Translations under genes and position numbers: made by a program
Part shown: one piece after another, positions 1-11,934 of the stretch
How positions within the stretch are numbered: the stretch's first letter is position 1
Layout: every line of letters begins with the position of its first letter
Assembly (NCBI RefSeq): GCF_006345805.1
Contig: NC_043012.1
Coordinates: 50,096,001 to 50,160,000, forward strand
Direction of reading: 5' to 3'
Origin: Octopus sinensis
Lineage: Eukaryota
DNA: 64,000 nt
The notes under the pieces: model-generated
The model's input: only the letters and a program-made list of their open reading frames with translations
What the model was told of the DNA's origin: nothing
Database searches by the model: none

Positions 1-39
1 GGTGATGATGATGATTGCCTTGAACACTATTTAACATAC

Positions 40-108
40 CTGAAACTTTGTAGACTCGTAGTTACTGGTATTGTAATTCGGTGCCGCTTCGCCGCTGACT
101 GAATGCAT
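40..108 (-). CDS. Candidate coding exon (MHSVSGEAAPNYNTSNYESTKFQ) of an unidentified gene continuing left of the window
   Basis: ATG at 108-106, 23 open codons in non-repetitive sequence, ending at a strong donor CAG|GTATGT (GT at 39-38). No homology recognised. Confidence 0.3.
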
Positions 109-929
109 CAAGAATCGAAAGACATTCCAATTTTTCTTTTCATTTTTTGTATAGTACAAGACAATGTGCTCTCATTCTTCTAAACCTGATACGGTGAAAT
201 TTCATGGAAATGTGGCAACAGCATATGTAGCGAGTCGAGTGATTATGCAGAATCTCCTTCATGTGCTTAATATATGCAGGGATTTCCATAATATATAAAG
301 AAATACGAATAGAAGATATAAAAAAAAAGCATTCGTGTAACATTCTTGTTACTGTCCTAGTATGTACGCTTCAATAAATATTATGAGTCGCAATGCAGAT
401 GCAAACCATATAATTTGTATTCATGGAACACATTTGAACGCATAAAAAAGGGGACAGTGAATGCAGTAGAGACGCATGAAGTTCAGCTAGGTGCGCCGGG
501 AAAATGGATTGAAAAAGAAAAAAGAAAAAAAGACTATAAATAATAGAAAAAGTACAGACTACACAAAAAGGGGGCAATTACAACATTAATAAATATAATA
601 AAACGATGCTGAGTTTTATGGGTCGTTCTTACTAACAGATTTATTTAACTATTATCATCTTTTTACGGGAGCAATCTAGATTCGTCCTTCTGATAGACAC
701 ATGCGCAGTCCTCTTTATTATTGTCACGAAATAACGCAGTAAAATTAGGCATAAAGACACAACTCTATAGAAATAATTATTGGAATCTGCATCGAGGATC
801 GCCATTTAAACCGAAGGAGAAAACAGTAAAAACAAGAAACAACTGCATCAAAGCTAGTACCGATAGACAAACCTTCAGTTATTCCACAACGCTATTTCTT
901 ACAATAAATACATAAATATATATAATAAT

Positions 930-981
<52 letters not shown>

Positions 982-1040
982 GTCTATATATATATATATA
1001 TATGTATAATAATTATATATGCATATATATATATGTATAA

Positions 1041-1083
<43 letters not shown>

Positions 1084-1777
1084 GTGTGTGTGTATGTATA
1101 TATATACATATATATATGACAAATATATAAAGTTCGTGGAAGACACTTGTGCCAAGCAATAATACGTCAACAGCGTGCAGACACTAGCGTAATTCATAAA
1201 ACGTAAGCAAAGGACATGTATTTAATCGCCGCACATCGGTACACGTAAGAGTATTAGCTCGACATTCTTAGTTGGAATATAGAAATCGGCAACCGTCACA
1301 CACTAGAGTTTATTTCCAGCTTTCTTCGTGCCATCCACTTTCATAATTTTTTTCCACCGTTATAAAATTAATCAACACCACTCCCCTACTACGTCCGTTT
1401 ATCAGACAGCAAATAAGAACAAACAAGAACAAACAATTCAACACACACACTCGCTCGCGTACACATGCAATTTTATCACCACGACAACCAGGGCAAAACT
1501 CGACGCGCTCGGCACCATCAACACTTTAAGCGTAAAGGAAAACAATTATTTCTATTAGAATGGCATATCAGGAGATTCTGAGCAGACAAATCTAGAACAA
1601 TCTTTTTCTGCCCTCCATACCAATAACTTAACAGATTTTACACAATTTTTCTTTCGTTTGGTTTTTCTTTTTTTTTACGTTCACTCCAGATGACAAGATG
1701 TAAAAAAGCGAATTAGTATTACCAATTGCTCTGTAATGTTAATAATAATTTTTATTCATAATTTTACAAACAAATTA

Positions 1778-1778
<1 letters not shown>

Positions 1779-1835
<57 letters not shown>
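1779..1835. repeat. (TAG)n microsatellite; a related (GCA)n/(GTA)n tract lies at about 2100-2187
   Basis: Direct reading of the sequence; the tracts flank a SINE on both sides. Confidence 0.95.
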
Positions 1836-1841
1836 TGTGGA

Positions 1842-2075
1842 CTTATTTCTCTACTACCTACAAGGGGCTAAACACAGAGAGGACAAACAAGGACAGACAA
1901 ACGGATTAAGTCGATTATATCGACCCCCAGTGCGTAACTGGTACTTAATTTATCGACTGCGGAAGTATGAAAGGCAAAGTCGACCTAGGCGGATTTTGAA
2001 CTCAGAACGTAACGGCAGTCGAAATACGGCTACGCATTTCGCCCGGCGTGCTAACGTTTCTGCCAGATCGCCGCC
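1842..2075 (-). mobile_element. tRNA-derived SINE, octopus OK-like family, near full length
   Basis: Reverse complement reads ggcggcgatctggcagaaacgttagcacgccgggcgaaatgcgtagccg...gtaggtagtagagaaataag; many homologous copies in the window. Confidence 0.85.
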
Positions 2076-2101
2076 AGAAGTAGTTGTTGTTACTGTTGCA
2101 G

Positions 2102-2187
<86 letters not shown>

Positions 2188-2381
2188 ACAGTCATAGTAG
2201 TTCAGAGACTTACTTTAAATTTACTCTAAGTAACACTGATTTTAATACTTATTATTTTTGACACTTCTAACTAGGTCTTATACACACGCAACAAACACAC
2301 ACACATTTTATTCGGCTTGACCTCCCCCAACAAATTTCAAGGTTTGTGCCTTCAGTAGAAAGGATTATTATGATCATTGCT

Positions 2382-2600
2382 AAGGCGGCGAGCTGGCAGA
2401 ATCGTTAGCACACCGGGTATAATGCTTAGTGGCCTTTCGACTGTCCTCACCTTCTTAGATCAAACTCCATCGAAGTCGATTTTGCCTTTCATCCTTGCGG
2501 GGTTGATGAAATAGTACCAGTTACTCACTGAGGTCGATGTAATTGACTAGCCATCTCACCGACAATTGCAGGCCTTGTTCCTATTGTGAAAATGATTATT
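2382..2600 (+). mobile_element. OK-like SINE, older subfamily with ggccttgt tail
   Basis: Head aaggcggcgagctggcagaatcgttagc, body gtcgattttgcctttcatcc, tail gcaggccttgttcc...attatt. Confidence 0.8.
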
Positions 2601-3048
2601 ATTATTATCGTTGTTGCTGTTTTTGTTGTTGCTGCTGCTGTGGTTGTTACTACTTTTGATGGAGAAAGGTACCGGAATCCATATTGTGTACATGTAATAT
2701 AGATCCATCGAGCTTCTGAAAAAGTTAACAATCATCAACTGTCTAGAAACGTTATCATATACAAATGTACAGAATCAAACACACGTACACGGACGGCGCG
2801 CGTATAGAAACATGCGCATATTTATGAACAGGATCGCACACACACACTCATTTCTTTAAATATGTTCACGTGTCAAGACAGAGACATTCACAAAGTAAGC
2901 AGCGTTTCAACGGGACAAACATACATATACATTTGAAATATAATGTGTGTTTAAATGAGTGTAGAACGTAAAATATACATAAACCATGTATGTATTTATA
3001 TATACATATACAAACAATATATACATCTAGTATATGTATATATATATT

Positions 3049-3130
<82 letters not shown>

Positions 3131-4119
3131 TAAATATAGGTATATATACACATACATACACACATATTTATAAACATATATATACATGCACATGTACGCA
3201 CACACACACACACCCATATATATACATTTTTCTATATGCAGATATGAAAGTACATGAATATATAAGTGTGTTTGTTGTGTGTGTGTGTGCGTGTGCGTGC
3301 CTGTGCGTGTGTGTGTGATTGTGTGTGTATACCGATATAGACATTTATATATATAAATATATTATACATATATATATATTTTTATTCATGCGCATATATG
3401 TGTATGTGTGTATAAACCCACTTATACCATGCTTGTGGGAAAAACAATCGTATTTCTCACTTTCTACTTGAATGAAAGTGGAAAACCCAATAGCCATTAA
3501 CTAAATATATATTTAACGTTCTGTCATGTTCAGTTTTTCTTCCTTTACTTGGTTTACCTCAAAGAAACCAATCGCTTCTTTCCTGGAGAAGAAAAAAGCC
3601 AAGAAACTTTAAAATATGTTCTCCAAAGACATTTTCATTCCATCATCTAACGTTCTCTTAGCATATTTTGATTACTTAGCATATATTTTGTTTTTATCTT
3701 TATTTTTCTTCATTTCGTGTTTGTGTCTTTTTTATTTTAACTCATTTACTTGTTCAACTGTCTCTTCTTCCACTTTCACCCCTCTTTCACTCACTCTCTC
3801 CTTATATGTATATGTATATTTTTTCTATGTATATATTATATATGTATATGTACGTATGTATATGTTTAGACACACACACACACATATAAATATATGTGTC
3901 TATACATATACGTAGATATATGTTTCTATATATATACATAGATATATATTTGTATGTATGTGTGTGTATATATATATGTGTGTGTTTGTGTGTATGTATG
4001 CATAAATATATGTATATGTGTAAATATACGTATATATACATATATATATGTGCATAAATATATATATATATATATATGTATATCCATATATATACACATA
4101 TATATACATACATAATACG

Positions 4120-4153
<34 letters not shown>

Positions 4154-4683
4154 TATATATATATATACACATAGCAGGCATTCTCTTCTGAAATTTTCTC
4201 TTCTATTTCCGGGTAAATACTGCCTACTTTGAATAATATTCTAGTTTAGAATGCCACATTCTTATTGTAGAACGCAAATACAAATATGAAAGAAATAAAT
4301 ACAAACAGGAGAAAGATTTAGGAAAGAGAAAAATCAGACATTAGAAACGTCAAAATGAAGAAAATATTTTTAAAAATTTCAAGAAGCAGAAAAAAAGAGG
4401 ACGAAAAGGAAAATTGTCCATAGGAGTTCTGGATATTCTTTATGATTATACACGTATACAAATGACATTTTTTTAATATATTGTTATTGTTAACGTTTAT
4501 ATTGTAATTGTTGTTGTTGTTTTGTTTTGTCTAAGGGTTTGTGTTTCATATTGCACCCAAAAGCAATGCAATGTTATTTCATAATGCTTAATATAAGTGA
4601 TTTTCACTCTGGGATATGTCTAGTTGAGTCTATGGAAATTTATATCCTATGATTTGTAATACACACACACATATATATACGTT

Positions 4684-4740
<57 letters not shown>

Positions 4741-4758
4741 TATATATATATCTGTGTG

Positions 4759-4789
<31 letters not shown>

Positions 4790-5704
4790 GTGTGTCTGTG
4801 TGTGTGTATGTATATATATATATATATGTATATATATATACATATATATATAGATACAGATATATAGGTATGTATACCTGTACATACATATATACATATA
4901 TATGTAGGTAGACAGATATACACATCTATGCTTGTGTATGAATATACACACGCAACACAAATATGAAATCACCCATGCACACACTTATACGCGAAAGATT
5001 ATTCGCGCGCGCACCCGTGAACGTGTATCATGGGTTGGACTGCACTTTATAGGTGCAAAAATGTGGCATGGCTCTTCGAATCGTTTCACCATTTTTTACA
5101 CGTACTGGTTTCTGTCTAGTCACAAAAACTTCGATAAAACCGAAAAGTAGGAGAGTGGGGAAAGAAAGAAAGAAAGAATGAAAGAAAGAAAGAAGGAAGG
5201 AAAGAAAGAAATGAAAGAGAAAAAGAAAGACTGAAAGAAACATGCACATCGAGAATAATCGATTTTCGTATACAACTGGTACCTTGTTAAGCAATAAATT
5301 TGATCCTCGCTTATTCGTACTGAGTAAGAAAAATGTTTTACATCCCTGTGTTCCGTGATCGTATATTGATGGTTAACATTACTCCTCATCAACGCCTGCT
5401 TAACTAATTCTATAATCCGGTTTCTGTAAACGTGCTCTTCCTAATAGACGCGTTCAGCTTCTAGTTATCCGGTTCCTGCCTATTGTGGAGGCTATAGAAA
5501 TTGATCTTGCAATTGTTTCTTCAAAAAGTTTAAGGTCTGAAATTTGGTGCAGGTTACTAGGTAATTACATCGACGATAGCAATAAACTGGTACTTTTTTT
5601 TAACGACCCTGAAATGATGAAACGCAATGTCCACCTCTGCGACATTTGAATACGGCTAAATGTATTTCCCGAAATGCTAATGATTCACTCGGCTCACAGC
5701 CTCA

Positions 5705-5721
5705 ATAATAATAACAATAAC

Positions 5722-5753
<32 letters not shown>

Positions 5754-5762
5754 TAATAATAA

Positions 5763-5834
<72 letters not shown>
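5705..5834. repeat. (AAT)n microsatellite
   Basis: Direct reading; explains the poly-N and poly-I ORFs. Confidence 0.95.
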
Positions 5835-5835
<1 letters not shown>

Positions 5836-6094
5836 GGTTTCAAAGTGACACACAGCCATTGATCTAAACACAGAAAAACTATTATTTATAAATCTCTGAG
5901 AGAGAGAAAGAAAGAGAGAGAGTCATTCAGCAACAGTTCTTTAAAGTAAAAGCTATGGCTTTCCTGGAAAGCTCCTTGTGATTGTTCATTTGCTCCAAGA
6001 GACATCGTTACTAGCTGGCTATACGACACACAGTATGCGCTATTATATTTTCGGAAAGGGATTTCAGCATCCCCATCCAGCACAAAATAACATC

Positions 6095-6133
6095 TGTGGA
6101 CTAGTTTCAGGGTTATTGCTCTTTATCAACACA
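6095..6133 (-). ncRNA. Minimal type-I hammerhead ribozyme motif, U3-A8 core variant
   Basis: UGUG-UUGAUAA-AGAG caauaa CCCU-GAAAC-UA-GUC-CACA: stem I 4 bp, palindromic ACUAGU stem III, GUC cleavage triplet. Confidence 0.6.
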
Positions 6134-6234
6134 ACTGTTTGGCTGCTGAATGCACAGAATAACAGAATTTGTATTTTTGGATCTGTGGCTGTGTCACTTT
6201 GAAATCTATATGCTCGAACTGTGAGCAGCTATTC

Positions 6235-6273
6235 TGTGCTGATAAAGAGCAATAACTCTGAAACTAGTCCACA
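6235..6273 (+). ncRNA. Minimal type-I hammerhead ribozyme motif with a C3/A8 mismatch core
   Basis: UGUG-CUGAUAA-AGAG caauaa CUCU-GAAAC-UA-GUC-CACA: perfect 4-bp stems I and II. Confidence 0.6.
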
Positions 6274-6715
6274 AATGTCGTTTCTTGCTGGGTGGGGTTG
6301 CTGAATTCCCTATTGGAAAATATAAGGACACAGAGAGTGTGTCGTATAGCCAGCTAGAAACGTTGTTTCTTGGGGCTAATGAACAGTAACAATCGTCCGT
6401 TGCAGGAAAGCCACATTATGCAGGAAAGTAGCATTTACTTTAAAGAAAAGTCACGGCATAGCTCCCTTTGATAGATTTAGAAAGAACAATGTTTATATAT
6501 ATATATCTTAGGCGCTCGCACTTTGGTGTGCGGCGCGCATGTGTAGGTATGAACAGGCGCGCTTACGCGAATTCTATGAACTATTTAAGCCCTTACTTTT
6601 ACTCCATCCCCTTACTTACCGGTCATTCAAATTGCTCTTAATAACGGTCAATCACACGGTAATTTCCCTTTGCTTAACGGTCATTTTTCATAAGATTTTT
6701 CCGATGGCCGTATAA

Positions 6716-6765
6716 CTGAAGAGATGGCCGCGTGGATTTCCACCTCAGCATCCGAAATAATTGTC
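6716..6765 (+). ncRNA. Degenerate hammerhead-like motif
   Basis: CUGAAGA-GAUG...CAUC-C-GAAAUAAUUGUC; stem I is not recoverable. Confidence 0.3.
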
Positions 6766-6880
6766 ACATATTACATTTACAGATAAATTCTTCTATTTTC
6801 ATAATATCGAGGTCTCTTTCTTTTTTTCGTTGTCTTACCATTTTTATCGATATATGTATATATATATATATATATATATA

Positions 6881-7378
6881 CTTTGATACTTACTTTGATA
6901 GGTTTCGGCCATTATTGGCCCAGGCCATGTCTAACTTAATAGTTTACGAAAAAATCAAAAGACGAAGACAGGTGGTGTATAAAACAAACAGATGTATTAG
7001 TATAACGCTCAGGAATAGGAAAAGTCTTTTATGTTTCGAGCCTACGGTCTTCTACAGAAAGGGACACAGAAAAAACAAGAAAAGAAACAAGGAGAGAAAA
7101 AATGTGTGTAGTGGCGTATATATATAATATATATATATATATACTTTGATACTTACTTTGATAGGTTTCGGCCATTATTGGCCCAGGCCATGTCTAACTT
7201 AATAGTTTACGAAAAAATCAAAAGACGAAGACAGGTGGTGTATAAAACAAACAGATGTATTAGTATAACGCTCAGGAATAGGAAAAGTCTTTTATGTTTC
7301 GAGCCTACGGTCTTCTACAGAAAGGGACACAGAAAAAACAAGAAAAGAAACAAGGAGAGAAAAAATGTGTGTAGTGGC

Positions 7379-7381
<3 letters not shown>
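6881..7381 (-). repeat. Two identical copies (period 263 bp) of a Penelope-like terminal fragment, separated by (TA)n
   Basis: 6881-7118 equals 7144-7381 by eye; a homologue lies at 51310-51445. Each copy carries a hammerhead-like motif (7026-7061, 7289-7324). Confidence 0.8.
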
Positions 7382-7421
<40 letters not shown>

Positions 7422-8335
7422 CATATATATATATAGATATATACATACATATGTATATATATGTATATACACACACATATATATATATATAGATATATAC
7501 ATACACACATATATATATATAGATATTTACATACACACACACACATATATATGTATATATATATGAAAACAGACACATATTTACATGCATATATATACAT
7601 ACACACGCAGATAGAGACAGACATAATCACGTACACAATCACACACACACACATACACACACACACATATATATACGTACATATGGTATCTCACTTTTGT
7701 GCATGTGTCTGATTATGTGATCTTCCACGTAACTACGTCTGCCTTCCCAACTTTCACTCTGAGTAGCATGAGTAAATTCACGCTTCGAATATCTTTTCGA
7801 GTTTTACATTTCCTTCTTTTGGCGTACCGTCTTAATGTTGCGAAAATTTGAACAAATATGAGAATAAACATCACATATGAAAAGAGCAAAGAACTTAATA
7901 AATTTCACATGTAAGAAACTGGAAGAATAAAATAAAGAAATGATCTGTGAATAATTAGCATCAATTTTACACTATTGCTCACGAAATATACTCATTTGAA
8001 CGACCGGAAGTTGCTTAAATGTGTGAGAAATTGCAGTAAATCCGCTTCATCTCTTTAGCTTCATGTTTGCAGAGAATGTAAAACGTAATGATAATGGTTG
8101 CGTTTTTTTACGTATAGCATAAAAACAAATTATCATTCCTCATTTCACGGAAATGATAATTAATTGTAATGCTATTAACATTATATAATGATTTTTTGTT
8201 CTTTTAGCGGATTCTGCTAATTAATGTTTGACCCTTGATCTTTGGCAAACACGTGGGTCTATTGTACTTTGATGAAAATATGTGTTCTATATGTGTCGTT
8301 CTATAAATGAGGTTTCGATACAAAAGTACTTTCCA

Positions 8336-8371
<36 letters not shown>

Positions 8372-8468
8372 TGGTGAGGGTACACGCACACACACAACAG
8401 TGTGTATGGCAATAATTATGATATTATTGCTGTATCAATCTATTTACATAGATGTGTGTGAATGTGTA

Positions 8469-8517
<49 letters not shown>

Positions 8518-8620
8518 ATAAAGTTAATCCAAACAAGAAAGTACAAAAAAACACAACAACGCGAAGAGGTGGAACAAATATATTATTATTGGACGCTCAG
8601 GAAAGAAGGAAAGAAGGAGG

Positions 8621-8655
8621 GTTTAACGTTTCGAGCGGAGCTCTTCGTCGGAAAC
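8621..8655 (-). ncRNA. Minimal type-I hammerhead motif, U4C core variant, within a Penelope-like fragment (about 8540-8715)
   Basis: GUUU-CCGACGA-A-GAGC ucc GCUC-GAA-ACGU-U-AAAC: perfect stems I and II, ACGU palindrome. Confidence 0.6.
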
Positions 8656-9792
8656 ATAGGAGAAGGAAAGATCCAGAGAAGGGAAGACAGAGGAAATAAC
8701 TCGCCAACGTGGTCACATTTTGAATGTATATATATATGAATGTATATGCACGTATTCCTCCAGAAGTATGAATATATATGTATGAGTATTGTTGTGTGGG
8801 TGTGTTGTGTGTATGTTGTGTGTGACAGTGAATATGTGCATTACTTTTGTGTGTATATATTGATACATAGACAGTTATACAGACTGACTGACTGACAGTC
8901 AGATAGACAGACAGACTAACAGTCAGACAGGCAGACAGATAGACAAATAGATAGATAGATAGATATATAGATACATGCATACATAAATACATGCATATAT
9001 GCGTATACACGTAACATGCATTCATATATATGTTGTCATACAAACATATATAAATACTTGTGTACATATCTCTGCGAAACGAAAGACCTTTTTGAAATAT
9101 TATATATGCTCTACAGATAGCACATTCTATACTCAGCAAAATATCGTTATGCATTAATTGTTTTGGTATCAATATCTTTCATTGTCAGCCTTCTACACAT
9201 AATTCTACACATTTTCTTAGCAATTTTGGACAAATCTCTACTTTCTACATTTCTTGAGAAATGCATGTAACACGAAATAAAGACTATTAAAATTTAAACA
9301 GATATATTTCTTGGAATATCAAATTTGTATCCATAATTTTCATTAGATTAATCAAATATATAATGCAAGAATTAGCAAAATGCAAGCGCAAATGATTTAA
9401 GGCAAATGCCATATTAGGGGATGAACATTATTATTTCGACAATTTGAACAATTATTTTGACAAACTGCGAAATATTGCAATGTTCATAATTCCTGAATTA
9501 GAGATGAAACTCTTAGAGAAAAAATTATGATCGTTGTTAAGTGCAAATGACCGATGCCGAGCAAGCCGGGCGATGGAGATAAAGAAAAACAAACACACTT
9601 GCAAAGAGAATGGAATTGTACAATTATTTGTGCATCAGTATAAGACATATATATAGAGAGAGAGGCTGACAAACTGACATAGTGGCACAAAAATATTGCA
9701 AGAATATTTTTATAAATGCGTAAAATATGAATAAGTGCCTGTGTTACATAAATATTTTCAGGATTAAATAAAAAGACATACCTGCATAAATA

Positions 9793-10499
9793 TCTTTATA
9801 TATATAAAACTGAGAATGTGTGTCTGTCTGGCTGTCTCTCTGTGTGTGTGTTTCCCTAAAACTTGAGAACTACACAACCGATTTCATTCAAATTTTACAC
9901 ATGCCTTACTTACGGTCCATATAGTTTCATAGGCAAAATAAATGTTCAACGTCTTGCCTAGAGCGAGCCCATAGCAATATCATATCTTCTCCACTATTTC
10001 AGTATTACGTGTGAAAAGTGAAACAGAAATATTTCTCTATTTTATGTCAGATGCTTTCACTTTAACAATAAAAATAATAATAACAATTGAATTATATGTA
10101 GTTAGTAATAATTAAAATCAAATTAAAGTATAATATAATCGTAACACACAGAAGTAAAAATAGCAATTGGTATAAAATTGCAGCAATGATTTGAACTTGA
10201 ATAATTGGTTTCACATGAATGGGAATAAATTAAAAATAAAATTAGCGTGCAGAAATGGAAAAGTCCAGACTATTGTCTATAAAGTATACAATGTAGAGAA
10301 AAAAAGAAGAGCTAACAATTCCAGTCTTTTATATATTTTGAGTATTGTTATCACTAGCGATATCAAGATATAACTTTGTACTTTGCATTTTATGTGCAGA
10401 TGTATATATATAGATGTACATGTAATATGTACACATATATATACACATATATACATGCACTAGCACCATGACCCGGCAACGACGGGTCTTTAAAGCTAG
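9793..10499 (+). mobile_element. Non-autonomous Helitron
   Basis: 5' A|TC...tatatataaaactgagaatgtgtgtctgtc; 3' hairpin gacccg-gcaacga-cgggtc (10470-10488) followed by CTAG|T. Confidence 0.7.
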
Positions 10500-10899
10500 T
10501 ATATATATATATTTTTTTTTTTTAAATGTGTAGTAAAGAAACGTGCGAATCTATAACTAGCTACACAGTCGAACGGAAAACGCAGGAGGTGACCAAATTT
10601 ACTTCAGTTATCGATCAACGCACAATTTCGGCCATTATCGATAATATTGCTTCCACTCTAGAAGCACCGGAAAGAAACCTGCCGAGAATGGGACCAAAAC
10701 ATAAAGAAGACGAGACGGGCTTGGGACAAGACCGCTAGTAAACGGACGAAGGATACAAAAATAAACAGAATGAAGGCGTGGATCACATGAAAACAACAGT
10801 TAAAATTTAAATAATACATACACAGCAAAAAATATATCTTAGGGTTGCAAGACAATATAAAAATGGTAAACGTGAAGGAGAAATGAAAACTCCCCTAAA

Positions 10900-11024
10900 A
10901 GACTATAAATACGGGAGGGGTGGAGCGAGGAGCCCAGGAAGTCGTGAGCAGTCCAGTCGAAGGCAAAGCCAAAACGAATGTCTGCGTTAGGCCGCCAATG
11001 ACCACGTGATAGTGGGAGGAGAGT

Positions 11025-11025
<1 letters not shown>
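10900..11025. promoter_or_regulatory. GC-rich cluster of promoter-like motifs
   Basis: TATAAATA 10904-10911, CAGGAAGT 10935-10942, CCAAT 10995-10999, CACGTG 11003-11008, in an otherwise AT-rich background. Confidence 0.25.
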
Positions 11026-11098
<73 letters not shown>

Positions 11099-11254
11099 TG
11101 GGAAATTTGACTGGCGACTGTTGGTACTGCAACCGATGCTTGCTTTCAGAGTAAGAGACGAAGAGAAAGAGAGAGTTTACTAAAAACTAGAAGGCAGGTG
11201 AAGTTTCCTTTTAGTTTGGATTTCGCTTTTATATTATTGTTCGAGTGTCTTTCA

Positions 11255-11380
11255 GCCGAGGTCGACGTCGCCTTACATCCTTTCCGCATCGATAGATTTA
11301 CTACAGGTGAAACACTGCGGTCGATTACATCGACTAGTCCCTTCCTCGCAAATTTCAGGCCGTTACTACAAATAATTATT
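11255..11380 (+). mobile_element. OK-like SINE fragment (3' half, diverged)
   Basis: gccgaggtcgac...gtcgattacatcgactagtccc...tttcaggcc. Confidence 0.6.
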
Positions 11381-11593
11381 ATGCGAGGTCTTACAGAAAT
11401 ATATATATATGTATGTATTAATTTTATGTCATTTTTGGAAAATAAAAGTAAGGACATTCCACCCCAGAAGCTTTTCGCTAACATTTAGATCTACAGGGGA
11501 ACTAAATAAAATGTTGACTAGATTGCTTCGCCACGTTTAGCAGGTGTGCATTTCGTTACAGTCTTTGCTATTAGAGTTCAAGATAAATTAATA

Positions 11594-11749
11594 CCTATTT
11601 CTTTATTACCCACAAGGGGCTAGACACAGAGGGGACAAACAAGGACAGACATAGGTATTAAGTCGATTACATCGACTCCAGTGCGTAACTGGTACTTAAT
11701 TTATCGACCCCGAAAGGATGAAAGGCAAAGTCGACCTCGGCGGAATTTG
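11594..11749 (-). mobile_element. OK-like SINE, 5'-truncated, young subfamily
   Basis: Closely matches the 3' two-thirds of the 1842-2075 copy. Confidence 0.85.
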
Positions 11750-11865
11750 TTCGTATCCAATACAATTGTCATACATCTGCGCTTCCTTATTACATCTCCA
11801 AAGCTCTGCTGAATTCTCACTTGCTCTCCCTCTCACTCTATCTCTCTCATACATACACGCAAATG

Positions 11866-11934
<69 letters not shown>

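Larger units (their letters stand above)
5937..6448. mobile_element. Large inverted-repeat element (about 200-bp arms, about 80-bp spacer), probably inverted Penelope-like termini
   Basis: Arm 5937-6146 matches the reverse complement of 6225-6448; each arm contains a hammerhead motif. Confidence 0.7.
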
